Source: Candidatus Anstonellales archaeon | GTDB taxonomy: Archaea; Micrarchaeota; Micrarchaeia; Anstonellales; J096 | Length of the DNA: 64,000 nt | Direction of reading: 5' to 3' | NCBI GenBank assembly: GCA_038740615.1 | Contig: JAVYLQ010000001.1 | Location: 13,865-77,864, forward strand | Part shown: in pieces, positions 23,300 to 32,987 of the stretch | How the letters are laid out: every line of letters begins with the position of its first letter | Position numbering within the stretch: position 1 is the stretch's first letter | Notes under the pieces: model-generated | What the model was told of the DNA's origin: nothing | Database searches by the model: none | Seen by the model: the letters and a program-made list of their open reading frames with translations, nothing else | Program-made: the position numbers and the translations under genes

Positions 23300-24451
23300 T
23301 CATTTTCTAAGCTTCCTAGCTCTAACAATCCTATCTGCAGCTTCTCTAATAGCATTCTCTCTCATATGTTTAGGATCTTTGCTAAAGAGTTTCAAGAACT
23401 TGTTTAAGATTCTATCTCGGGTTTTCTGTTTCATAGTCTCCTCATCTAGATAATTACCAGTGATATTGTAAACCCACTCCATATAACTACCTATCACACC
23501 TCCTGAATTAGCTAATATATCTGGTACAATTATACTGTTTAATCGATCATCGACATTCCAATCTACTGGATTATTTGCCATCTCAACTATCCATTTAGCC
23601 TTTATATAATTGTAATTATGCTCACCTATTTGCATCTCCAAAGCTGCAGGAACCAACACATCAACATCCAACTCTAAGATCTCCTTATTATCGATACTAT
23701 TCCCTCTGTAACCTTCAAAGCTACCATGTTGCTGTTTGTAGGCTAGCAAATCTGCTATATTCAACCCATTCTCATTATAAACACCCCCTTTACTATCCGA
23801 TATGGCAATCACTTTATATCCAGCTTCATCCAACATTCTAGCCAGATTTCCCCCAACATTTCCAGCACCTTGAATAGCTATTTTTAGATTTCTCCTCTCA
23901 ATATTCTTAGCTATATAATCTATAATTACAAATCCCCCATACGATGTAGATATTTCTCTAAATGCTATCCCACCTAACTCAACTGGTTTTGATGTGAACA
24001 TCCCCATATCTCTGGTACCAACAGCATTCTGATATGCATCCAACATCCAAGCAATTATCTGACTATTAGTATTAACATCCGGTGCAGGAATATCTTTCCA
24101 AGTTCCTATAATATCTCTAAAGGCATTTGCATAATTTCTGGATAGTTCCCTCAATTCTTCTCTACTTAACCTCTTTGGATCGACTACCACTCCCCCTTTA
24201 GCTCCACCATAAGGTAACTCCATAAGGGAATTCTTAAGGCTCATAAGTAATGAAAGCATCTTCAGCTCTTCTTCAGTCACATTTGGATGGAACCTTATTC
24301 CACCTTTAGAAGGGCCTAAAGAGGAATCATGAATTACTCTATAAGCATCGTAGAGTTTATCCCCGGCTCTAATCTTGCTATGATATATTCCCTCCCAATC
24401 TATCAATTCCTGATAGCCTAACTCCGAGAGTCTGTGAATCATCCTATTCAT
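23300..24451 (-). CDS. gdhA: glutamate dehydrogenase (Glu/Leu/Phe/Val family)
   Basis: GPSKGGIRFHP, LPYGGAKGG, DIPAPDVNT, QGAGNVG, VPDILANSGGV. Confidence 0.92.
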   Translation of the reverse strand: MNRMIHRLSELGYQELIDWEGIYHSKIRAGDKLYDAYRVIHDSSLGPSKGGIRFHPNVTEEELKMLSLLMSLKNSLMELPYGGAKGGVVVDPKRLSREELRELSRNYANAFRDIIGTWKDIPAPDVNTNSQIIAWMLDAYQNAVGTRDMGMFTSKPVELGGIAFREISTSYGGFVIIDYIAKNIERRNLKIAIQGAGNVGGNLARMLDEAGYKVIAISDSKGGVYNENGLNIADLLAYKQQHGSFEGYRGNSIDNKEILELDVDVLVPAALEMQIGEHNYNYIKAKWIVEMANNPVDWNVDDRLNSIIVPDILANSGGVIGSYMEWVYNITGNYLDEETMKQKTRDRILNKFLKLFSKDPKHMRENAIREAADRIVRARKLRK

Positions 24452-24504
24452 AGTCTATTTAGAAATAAACATCGGTTTTAAAAAATAATCACATATAGTT
24501 AATT

Positions 24505-26181
24505 GTGGACGAATTTGAAGAAATCCTGATATCAACCCCTATAGACAAGCTCATAGAGATAATTAAAAATGAGCAAGAGGTCACTAGCTCATATTTAGCT
24601 CTAAAAACAAAATACGATCAGGCTACGATAGAAGAGTGGGTGAGATATTTAGAAAGAGAGGGGATTGTTGAGATTAAATACCAACTTAATGAGATGCATA
24701 TATCTTGGAACTCTCCTAAAAAAGAAGAATTTGATACGAGAAAGGAGAAATTTAAGAAACGGGCAGATACAGTAGAGAAGCAGATAGAACAGCTCAAAGA
24801 GGACGTAAATATAGAAATAAGAATAGTATATGAGTTATTAGACCAGATCAATAGTAAGATTGATGAAATGAAGTTAGATAGGGAAAAATTGATGACATTT
24901 ACTACTCAATTTACCAAATTCAGAGAAGAATTGAATAAAGATTTGGAGATAATATCGAGAGATATTGCTAGAATTTCGCAAAATGTTGATGAGAAATACA
25001 GGCAAGTATCTTCTCTTGCCACCCTCATATCGGAAGTGTCAGTAGCTGATGTTCAGGAGCTTGAACAGAACATACGCAAATCTCTAGATGAGAAGCTTAA
25101 AATGATAGATACGAGAATTCAGGATTTGGATATATACGTCTCCAAACTTCAGAACATATCAGAGGAGGACATAAATAAAATATACAGTAGATTAGAAGAA
25201 CTAGAACAGATGAAAGAGATTATCAGAGGTTCTGAATCTATAGAAGGAGGATTGAGGGATCTGATAAGGAAATATGAATATATTCTAGAAGTATTAGCAG
25301 AGAGAGAAAAACTCCTGAAGGAATTGGATGAATTAGAGCAGAGAAATATTGAATTGCAGAGATCTCTGAATAATCTTAGTGGAAACATATTTGAGATTAG
25401 TGAAAAATTGCAGAAACTAGCGCAGGAATACTATGATATTCAAGGAAAATCTGCAGAACTAGCCACTCAGATTAAATCAAACCAAGATATTCTTAGGAAC
25501 ATTCAGGTGGAAGATACTAGTATAATTGATCAGGCAAAACAGATGCTAGAGACTCTAAGAAGTTTTAAGGATGATGTGAAATCTTTTGAGAAATTGTCTA
25601 AGGAGACACATGAGATCTTAGAGAGAATACAGGATATAGGTAAGGTAAGAATGAATCTAGAGAGGTATAAGAGAGAATATTTGCTTGAAGTTGCCAAGTA
25701 TGCTGAAATGGTTAATGAAGATCTAAAGACTTTGGAAACATTATTGGATATAAAGAAAAGAATGATTTCGGAATTGTCAACATATAAAGATACTCTACTT
25801 GGATACGAAGAGGAGTTTAAGAAATATGTAAAATTATTCATAGAGCAAAAGGAATCATTTGAATCTATGCGAAAGACTCTGAATCAGATGATTCAAGAGG
25901 GAGAATTTGCGGAAGCTCTGAATAGGATTAATTCTACTCTAGGGTCTTTGCAACAGGTAGAACAGAAACTAGAGGAAGCGAGAAGATTGCTAGTACAATT
26001 AGAGGAGATAAAAATAAATATAAATGTTCTGACTAAAGAGTTAAATCTATTAAAACTTAGAACTCCTGAAAATGAGAGGGAAATACAGCAGAAAATAGAA
26101 CATCAGGAAAAGAGTCTGAAAGAACAGGAGATAAAGCGAAGGAGTTTAGAGGAATGGATCAGAAGTTTTACAAAGAAATAA
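24505..26181 (+). CDS. long coiled-coil protein with N-terminal winged-helix-like domain
   Basis: TPIDKLIEII...TIEEWVRYLEREGIVEIKY, then about 480 aa of heptad E/K/L/I-rich sequence; GTG start. Confidence 0.75.
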   Translation: MDEFEEILISTPIDKLIEIIKNEQEVTSSYLALKTKYDQATIEEWVRYLEREGIVEIKYQLNEMHISWNSPKKEEFDTRKEKFKKRADTVEKQIEQLKEDVNIEIRIVYELLDQINSKIDEMKLDREKLMTFTTQFTKFREELNKDLEIISRDIARISQNVDEKYRQVSSLATLISEVSVADVQELEQNIRKSLDEKLKMIDTRIQDLDIYVSKLQNISEEDINKIYSRLEELEQMKEIIRGSESIEGGLRDLIRKYEYILEVLAEREKLLKELDELEQRNIELQRSLNNLSGNIFEISEKLQKLAQEYYDIQGKSAELATQIKSNQDILRNIQVEDTSIIDQAKQMLETLRSFKDDVKSFEKLSKETHEILERIQDIGKVRMNLERYKREYLLEVAKYAEMVNEDLKTLETLLDIKKRMISELSTYKDTLLGYEEEFKKYVKLFIEQKESFESMRKTLNQMIQEGEFAEALNRINSTLGSLQQVEQKLEEARRLLVQLEEIKININVLTKELNLLKLRTPENEREIQQKIEHQEKSLKEQEIKRRSLEEWIRSFTKK

Positions 26182-26206
26182 AAACACTTATCATTAAATA
26201 TAAGTC

Positions 26207-28885
26207 ATGATTAAAATATTTATAATAAGTACAATTCTTCTCTTATCTGGGTGTATTGATCAACTCAGAATACAATTAACTAAATCTGCTACAGATTACT
26301 ATAGACTAGCAGAGAGTGAAAATATATCGGTAAGTTTTGATAAGAACAAGATTGAAGATTTTATGAAAAGGGTAAATGAAGAGTATGATAAGAGAGATAA
26401 TGCAACCCTATATGCATTTGTGTGTAATTACACTCAATTAAAAAAGGTTGGTTTTGACAAATTCAAAGCCTATTGGAAATATCTATTCACCAAAGATTCT
26501 AAAGTGATGTTTGATGAATCTCTAATAGGAGGCAAGTGTTGGATTCAGAATGTGTCCCATTTTCCAAGTATAGAAGCGATAATATTCTCCGTGTTTTTAG
26601 AACCTGAAGAGATCAGAAACAACACTGCATTTTACAAAACTTATCTGGATAAAGATGGAAATGTTGTGGTTGAGGAGCCACCATCGGATCTCGATGAAAT
26701 AAGGAGACTCTACAAGATATTTGATAGACATGTATTCTTTGGTTTAGCATCGGGTCCATCCTTTGGAGATTTCAATGAACTCAATCCATTCTGTAATAAC
26801 AGCCTTAGATATCCTGTAAAATTCATCACTGGGACAGAGAACCAGTATTTGATTCCTGCAACTCCAGAAATAAGAGCTGCATGTTACTTAGATCTTGGTT
26901 ATATACCTATATACGTATTCTATGCTAGAAATGGTATTCCAGAAGTAGATAATTCATACATACTGGTTTCAAGATTAGTAGATATGAATTCTCCGGATAG
27001 GGAAGCAATAGGACCAGTCTTCTTATTCTCGGAGGGTTCATTAACACCCTCACAGCTGCTCAAAGGATTGGAAGAATATACTCCTGGTGCAGATAGATAC
27101 ACCGGTAGAGTTAGAGCTCAGATAGTAGGATGGAAAACTCTGTGTCCAGATTGTATCGTAGGATTAACAGTGCCTTTTGATATCAGCCCTAATGAGTTGA
27201 AAGAGCTTAGGGATATGATTAGAAATGATCCTTGGTTGTATTCAAATATATCTATAATAGGATTTGGTATAGATGCAGATCGATTAAATAATAGATCAAA
27301 CTTCCATGAAATGATTCAGAGAATAGAGATGATTGTAAAATTCGCTAGGGATCTTGGTAAACCTTCTGCAGCTCTGTATATGTATATTCCTCAGAGCTGG
27401 ACAGAGAGGAAGATCAGAGCTGATGGATTTGAATACAGTGGATTAGATTACATCATGAAAAATTTCTATTCAATAGATGCAGTAGCTAGTTCGAATGTAT
27501 TTAATCTGGCTGGGAGAGGTTTGATAATGATGCCCACCCTCCCTCTAATACCAGAATCCATGCAGATATTATTAGGCAAATCCTCTGCAGTATCGGTTCT
27601 AGATACTGCAATGAACCCTTATGAAGATGCATTCTCGTATACATTAAGCTATTGTAAGGATTATTTTAAAGTAGGCATAAACTCCCCTCTAATATTCTCC
27701 TCATCTGGTGTTGATCTAAAAAACATACAACTAACTCAGAAATCTGAGTTTTACCAGGATCAACCACAATACAGAGAACCCAGATTTACTCCTGATAAGA
27801 GATTTACTATAAACGACAAGGATGATACTATTTTCAAGTGTGTAGGATGTTTCTTGATCCTGAATAGTACTCAGGTAGGAAATTTCAAATCAATATTCAA
27901 TCTAGATACATATAAACATAAATGTGAAGAACCGTCTCCTCAGATTATTAATAAGATTAAACTCTACTCAGATATAGTTGATCTAGATCCACCTTTCTTA
28001 AGAGCATTGATTGAACAGTTTAGCAATTATGACAAGTGCCACGTATCATTTGTAGATTCAAAAGCTGAACAGTTAGAGAGATGCGGACACAACCTGGAGT
28101 TCTCTGATATACAATCCGATCTAGCTAAAGCAGGATGCTCTGTAAGCAAGAAATCTGATTATGTTTGTGGATTTGGGGTGATGGATGTTAAAATAGATAT
28201 TACTAAGGAGATATTAGAACCTTGTATCCCATCTAAAGGATACATTAGAGACATGATCTTTGACGAATCTATTAATCTATGCAAGGGCGCAATTATGTTA
28301 GCAAACGCATCAGATGGTGCTGAAAAGATTATAAATGAATATCCCAAGTATATGTTAGACACTAAATATATCGAAGAGAGGTATTTATTATATAGAATGA
28401 TTTTAACATCTTTGGTGTATGATCAAGGATATAATTTCAGTAAAGCAACAGTAAGATTCTTTGAGGGGCTTGTAGATGAACTGAAAATAGTTGGGCTTAC
28501 TGGTGATAAGAAAAAAGATAACCAACTATGTCTGGATTATATGGCACTCCCACACTTCAATAATTATTGTTGCATTATCATATCAAGTAGCGAAGCGGAG
28601 ATGGTTAATCCATATTGTGTTAAAATAACTAACACAGAGGCATACTGGGATTTCCTATTAGGAATGAAGCTTGCACCGGGAATGATGATAACTTCCGATC
28701 CTCCATATTCAATAGGATTTAACAAAGCTTATGAAAAAGTTGAACCAACACTAAAAGTGATGTCAAAATATTTTGATGTATACCAGAAATGCAAGGATTG
28801 TGCAGATGAGAAATGGGCTGATAATGTAATAAAGAAGAAAAAGCAAATATGTGCAAACCTACCAGATTTACCGATATGTAAATAG
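26207..28885 (+). CDS. large Cys-rich surface lipoprotein with glycoside-hydrolase-like and SLT-like regions
   Basis: Lipobox LLLSGC; DLDPPFLRALIEQFSNY / GFGVMDV / FDESINLCKGAIML resemble lytic transglycosylase motifs. Confidence 0.6.
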   Translation: MIKIFIISTILLLSGCIDQLRIQLTKSATDYYRLAESENISVSFDKNKIEDFMKRVNEEYDKRDNATLYAFVCNYTQLKKVGFDKFKAYWKYLFTKDSKVMFDESLIGGKCWIQNVSHFPSIEAIIFSVFLEPEEIRNNTAFYKTYLDKDGNVVVEEPPSDLDEIRRLYKIFDRHVFFGLASGPSFGDFNELNPFCNNSLRYPVKFITGTENQYLIPATPEIRAACYLDLGYIPIYVFYARNGIPEVDNSYILVSRLVDMNSPDREAIGPVFLFSEGSLTPSQLLKGLEEYTPGADRYTGRVRAQIVGWKTLCPDCIVGLTVPFDISPNELKELRDMIRNDPWLYSNISIIGFGIDADRLNNRSNFHEMIQRIEMIVKFARDLGKPSAALYMYIPQSWTERKIRADGFEYSGLDYIMKNFYSIDAVASSNVFNLAGRGLIMMPTLPLIPESMQILLGKSSAVSVLDTAMNPYEDAFSYTLSYCKDYFKVGINSPLIFSSSGVDLKNIQLTQKSEFYQDQPQYREPRFTPDKRFTINDKDDTIFKCVGCFLILNSTQVGNFKSIFNLDTYKHKCEEPSPQIINKIKLYSDIVDLDPPFLRALIEQFSNYDKCHVSFVDSKAEQLERCGHNLEFSDIQSDLAKAGCSVSKKSDYVCGFGVMDVKIDITKEILEPCIPSKGYIRDMIFDESINLCKGAIMLANASDGAEKIINEYPKYMLDTKYIEERYLLYRMILTSLVYDQGYNFSKATVRFFEGLVDELKIVGLTGDKKKDNQLCLDYMALPHFNNYCCIIISSSEAEMVNPYCVKITNTEAYWDFLLGMKLAPGMMITSDPPYSIGFNKAYEKVEPTLKVMSKYFDVYQKCKDCADEKWADNVIKKKKQICANLPDLPICK

Positions 28886-28889
28886 AACG

Positions 28890-29531
28890 ATGTTGAAACT
28901 GGGTTACAACCAATTCCCTAGTTCTCAAATGGATACAGTAAGGTTTAAGTTGTCAAATTATACAATTGAATTACGTAGATGCTGTAGAAATTACTCTGAT
29001 ATAATGCACTATCACATTCAATCTCCAGAAACGATCTATATTATCTCTGGGAGTGGCAAGTTAATATATAATATAAATAATAGAACGAATGAATTGAATT
29101 TTAGTGAAGGAGAGTATATAAGAGTATACGCAAAAACACCACATTCTATATATGTCGATACAGATAGTATAATACTTACTATTCAAGAAAATATAGATAG
29201 AATCGATCATAATGGAGATTATTTGGCTCGAGGTCTATTTCCATTTAAAAGTAATATCAAAAACCCAATTTCGTTTAGAGATCCTAAGATCAAATTATCA
29301 ATATATCGAATACAAGATTATGAGCTGCAAAAACAATCTCCCGATCTCAAAAATTACTATCTCATAATAGTAGGCATGAGCAAATTCAAATATGGTGGTA
29401 AATGGTATGATAGAGGAATTCTGGTAATAAACAGAGATAATATGGAAGATTTGGAGAATTTACCTGATCATGGGGCTATATTGAAGATATCATCAAAACT
29501 TCTTAATCGAATATTCCTGGACCCATCATAG
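28890..29531 (+). CDS. cupin-domain protein
   Basis: HYH...PETIYIISGSG and GEYIRVYAKTPHS cupin motifs; likely start ATG 28890. Confidence 0.75.
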   Translation: MLKLGYNQFPSSQMDTVRFKLSNYTIELRRCCRNYSDIMHYHIQSPETIYIISGSGKLIYNINNRTNELNFSEGEYIRVYAKTPHSIYVDTDSIILTIQENIDRIDHNGDYLARGLFPFKSNIKNPISFRDPKIKLSIYRIQDYELQKQSPDLKNYYLIIVGMSKFKYGGKWYDRGILVINRDNMEDLENLPDHGAILKISSKLLNRIFLDPS

Positions 29532-30799
29532 TAAGTATAACCTATTAAGTCTTTGATAAGGATATTATTTACCCCGATAGATCTTGCCCTCTCAATTTTC
29601 TTTATAGCCTCTCCTTTCCAATCCATGTACAGAACGTCAAATCTCTCTATCAATTTTTGATAATCAGCAAATCCTTCAACATTACCCAAAGTTATGAACA
29701 GCATGTCATAAGGTCGAGTGTATCTATTGAATTCAAATCTGTCCCCTCTAAAACTCTGTTCTAGGATCACATAGAACAATCTCTCTAGACCCAGAGAGGC
29801 TTCTACTACATGTGGTGTAGGAAAAGATCCTTTTGAGAACTGTTTGTGTCTGGATAGATCATAATCAGTTCTATATGCATTACCTGCTATCTCCACAACT
29901 CCATAATCAGTAATCACCTCTACATCAAAATTACCTTTTGAGTAGTGCGGAACTTCGCTAGATTCTAATTCTCGAATCCACATCCTATTTGGATCTAACC
30001 CTAGCTTCATGTAGAATTCCCATTCCATAGCTAAGAATGCTGCCATTATTTGATTGTCCATAACCTCTTCCATGAATTTCTCCACAGTGATTCTTTCAAC
30101 TCTATCACTTCCCCTTCTACGTATATTAAACTCTCTCCCAGCATATATCTCAAAGTTCTTAAAAGAAGGGTTTTTGGGGTCGAAGAAGTACTCAACTTCC
30201 ATCTGATTAAATTCTCTCAATCTCAACAACCCCTGTCTTGGACTAATCTCATTTCTAAAGCTCTTACCAACTTGAGCTATAGCCATGGGTAATCTAGAAT
30301 TATATTTATAGAATCGAGGGAAATCTACGAACATACCCTGAGCTGTCTCAGGTCTAAGGAAAGCAATCTGGTCACTGTTATAACCTATCTCTGTTCTAAA
30401 CATTAGATTCACATACATAACCTCTGAAAACTCTCCTCCGTGCTCTGAGCGTAAATCTTTCAGGAGCTCATTGGCTCGATTCGGATCCCAAACTCTACCT
30501 GCAGCTTCTACAATCTTATCCGCTCTATACACCATCCCAGTCTTTTTGCATCTAACTAACGGATCTGTAAAATTATCATAGTGGCCTGATGCCTTAAGTA
30601 CTATCTCTGGCGTAATTAGAGCAGTATCTATCTCCATGAAGTTATGCCTTCTCACAAATATGTTCCTCCATAGATTGATAATTTTATTCTTGATTCTCAA
30701 ACCAACCTCTCCGTAGTTATAGAACCCTGCAGGATAGTTATAGATTTCATTTGATGGATAGATTATATTATGAGATTGGGCAAACTCTAACGCGTTCAT
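29468..30799 (-). CDS. glyS: glycyl-tRNA synthetase (alpha2 dimeric type), shortened
   Basis: VLKASGH, LRPETAQG, AQVGKSFRNEISPRQGLLRLREFNQME, PHVVEASLGLER. Confidence 0.96.
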   Translation of the reverse strand: MNALEFAQSHNIIYPSNEIYNYPAGFYNYGEVGLRIKNKIINLWRNIFVRRHNFMEIDTALITPEIVLKASGHYDNFTDPLVRCKKTGMVYRADKIVEAAGRVWDPNRANELLKDLRSEHGGEFSEVMYVNLMFRTEIGYNSDQIAFLRPETAQGMFVDFPRFYKYNSRLPMAIAQVGKSFRNEISPRQGLLRLREFNQMEVEYFFDPKNPSFKNFEIYAGREFNIRRRGSDRVERITVEKFMEEVMDNQIMAAFLAMEWEFYMKLGLDPNRMWIRELESSEVPHYSKGNFDVEVITDYGVVEIAGNAYRTDYDLSRHKQFSKGSFPTPHVVEASLGLERLFYVILEQSFRGDRFEFNRYTRPYDMLFITLGNVEGFADYQKLIERFDVLYMDWKGEAIKKIERARSIGVNNILIKDLIGYTYYDGSRNIRLRSFDDIFNIAP

Positions 30800-30835
30800 A
30801 GTGTTTTTAAATTGTAACAACATTTAAAATAGCCT

Positions 30836-31225
30836 ATGTTCAGAAAGATAGATAAGGATCCTAAGATATTAGAACTGAATATTGGTATTGAGATGGATGA
30901 TTATATTTTGGTCTCGGATTATGATTTGAGATTACTGTATGATTATGGTTTGTATTCAGAAAAACCGGATGTTGATGAAAATATATACAGAACATACAGA
31001 GAGCTATATGAGAAGGCATACAACCCAGAGATATTTGTTTACGATAATTATACTTACATAAAAATAACCAAGCAGAAATATCTTCGACACAAACCTAGGT
31101 ATGAATACATAATTGCGTTTGATCTAGATCTGAACAGACATTTTAGAGCTGCAGTAGCTTCAAAACTCAAACTAATAGTATTGCACGATGGTAGATATTA
31201 TATAATAACACCTTCATCTCTATAG
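30836..31225 (+). CDS. putative tRNA-splicing endonuclease structural (non-catalytic) subunit
   Basis: G....ILVSDYDLRLLYDYG, IYRTYRELYEKAY, RAAVASKLKLIVL..GRYY echo EndA-fold patterns, without clear catalytic motif. Confidence 0.5.
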   Translation: MFRKIDKDPKILELNIGIEMDDYILVSDYDLRLLYDYGLYSEKPDVDENIYRTYRELYEKAYNPEIFVYDNYTYIKITKQKYLRHKPRYEYIIAFDLDLNRHFRAAVASKLKLIVLHDGRYYIITPSSL

Positions 31226-31825
31226 GAACAGCAATGCCGTCAGAGCACCCACAGAGGATCCAATCAGATTACTAGTTCCCTTGGTTCCTATTCCTCGCTC
31301 CTCAAAATGACCAGCAATTGAATCCGCAATATTACCCATAATACCTGCTAGAAATATGAATATAGATTGGTCGAGAGTTAGATTAAATGCTAATATACCA
31401 AATAGAGCTATTATCATAGATCCAAACATTCCAGCTACAGTACCGTAGAGACTAATTGCACCACTCTTGCCAGGTATAGTCTTTTTGAACCCAATTATAG
31501 TATAAACCCTATTATCAAACACCCCTAATTCTGAAGAGAATTTATCAGAAGTTATTGCAGCTAATCCACCAAGATAACCCACAGGATTGTTTAATATAGC
31601 AAATACAGCTGGAACTAGACCATTAGATATAACATTAGATAATCCTCTAGTTCTCTCAAAGCTTCTGAGCTTTATCTTTTTAATAGCATTGAATAGAGTT
31701 ATATAATTACTTACTGTTAGAAACAGAACGAATCCTAAAATGTATTCCAAACGGTTTGTAAAATAATATATAAGAGAGGCTAGAACAATCGCAGCTACTA
31801 TTCCTTTGGAATCAAGACCTACCAT
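31220..31825 (-). CDS. DUF92/TMEM19-family membrane protein
   Basis: RGLSNVISNG, TSDKFSSELG, PGKSGAISLYGT, ADSIAG. Confidence 0.88.
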   Translation of the reverse strand: MVGLDSKGIVAAIVLASLIYYFTNRLEYILGFVLFLTVSNYITLFNAIKKIKLRSFERTRGLSNVISNGLVPAVFAILNNPVGYLGGLAAITSDKFSSELGVFDNRVYTIIGFKKTIPGKSGAISLYGTVAGMFGSMIIALFGILAFNLTLDQSIFIFLAGIMGNIADSIAGHFEERGIGTKGTSNLIGSSVGALTALLFL

Positions 31826-31840
31826 GTAACATTTTGTAAT

Positions 31841-32434
31841 CTATCTAGCTGATTGTGCAACTCTCTCTATTTCATCTTTCTTCTTAAGTGCATAGCTATT
31901 TGTAAGATCATTCTTTGCAGCTAATATTATCTCATCAGCCAGTACTTCATGAATTGGTCTTTTATTACTCCAGTGCTTGAGTATAGATGCAAGAACGATA
32001 TTTCTTAGAGCCACATCTACTCTTCTTATAGATGAGATATCTACAGCTACCTGATACCTAACTCCAGCAATCTCCACTTTTGTTATATCTTCTCTTGGTG
32101 CAGCATTTTCTATAGCTCTTACTAAAACCTCTACTGGATTAGTCTTTTCTCTCTTCTCTATCTCCTCCAATGCTCTGTAGATTATATTCAGAACTGTGTA
32201 CTTCTTACCTTGCAATCTACCATGAGTCCTGATCACCTTACCGCTCACTTTCTCTCCAGTCCCTCCTCTCATGAGCTTGTTTGCCAATCTCTCTATGATA
32301 TTGACCTTTATCTTTCCCATGTATCTATTTGCATGTTTACCATGGGTATGTGGGAATACATCTCTAAGATCTATAACATCTTTTAAGCTCCTATCTCTAA
32401 CTTCCACATCTAAACTCCATCTACCAAATAGCAT
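31841..32434 (-). CDS. rps7: 30S ribosomal protein S7
   Basis: LFGRW, NIIERLANKLM, NPVEVLVRAIENAAPRED, IERVAQSAR. Confidence 0.96.
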   Translation of the reverse strand: MLFGRWSLDVEVRDRSLKDVIDLRDVFPHTHGKHANRYMGKIKVNIIERLANKLMRGGTGEKVSGKVIRTHGRLQGKKYTVLNIIYRALEEIEKREKTNPVEVLVRAIENAAPREDITKVEIAGVRYQVAVDISSIRRVDVALRNIVLASILKHWSNKRPIHEVLADEIILAAKNDLTNSYALKKKDEIERVAQSAR

Positions 32435-32863
32435 TTACCTCTTCACCTTCCCCTTTCTCAACATCTGCAAATCCAAACCAGCTACAGCAACAATCTTATA
32501 TTTAATACCAGGTATAGATCCTATAGGTCCTCCCTGTGATCCCCCTATACCTGCTACCAGAACTTCATCGTGCTCTTTAATAAATGTAATTGCCTTGTCT
32601 CTAGGTGCATGTGCTGTAATCACCTTTCCATTTTTCTTGAGCTGAACTTTCACTGCTTTTATCAGACCTGAGTGTGGCTGCCTCTGCTCTACTACTACTT
32701 TCTGCAATACAATACCCGAAGCCATAGGAGCTTTACCAAGAGGATCATGCTTCTCCTTAAGCCTCAATACTCTCCTCACATATTTAGGATCCAACCATCT
32801 ATATTTTTTCCTTTTCTTCAGTAGATTTCTACCTGCAAATTCACCATTTGCTCCTTTACCCAT
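32435..32863 (-). CDS. rps12: 30S ribosomal protein S12
   Basis: [36 protein letters not shown]; upstream of rps7. Confidence 0.96.
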   Translation of the reverse strand: MGKGANGEFAGRNLLKKRKKYRWLDPKYVRRVLRLKEKHDPLGKAPMASGIVLQKVVVEQRQPHSGLIKAVKVQLKKNGKVITAHAPRDKAITFIKEHDEVLVAGIGGSQGGPIGSIPGIKYKIVAVAGLDLQMLRKGKVKR

Positions 32864-32987
32864 ATGATTATCACCTTCAAATTCTATATATGAGATACAT
32901 TTAAATATTTAATATGTTCCTAATCAGGTCATAATATAAACACTGATTTGATAGCGTATTAGAACGGGGGCAGATAGTAAACAGTAA

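Noticed and set aside
24505..26181. SMC/Rad50 or chemoreceptor call for the coiled-coil protein
   Set aside because: No Walker A/B, signature motif, hinge, Zn hook, TM segment or MCP hairpin motif.
32864..32987. Possible sRNA or small ORF between rps12 and the epimerase
   Set aside because: Only a weak AATCAG/CTGATT inverted repeat, no complete C/D boxes, no credible ORF; part is the rps12 promoter.
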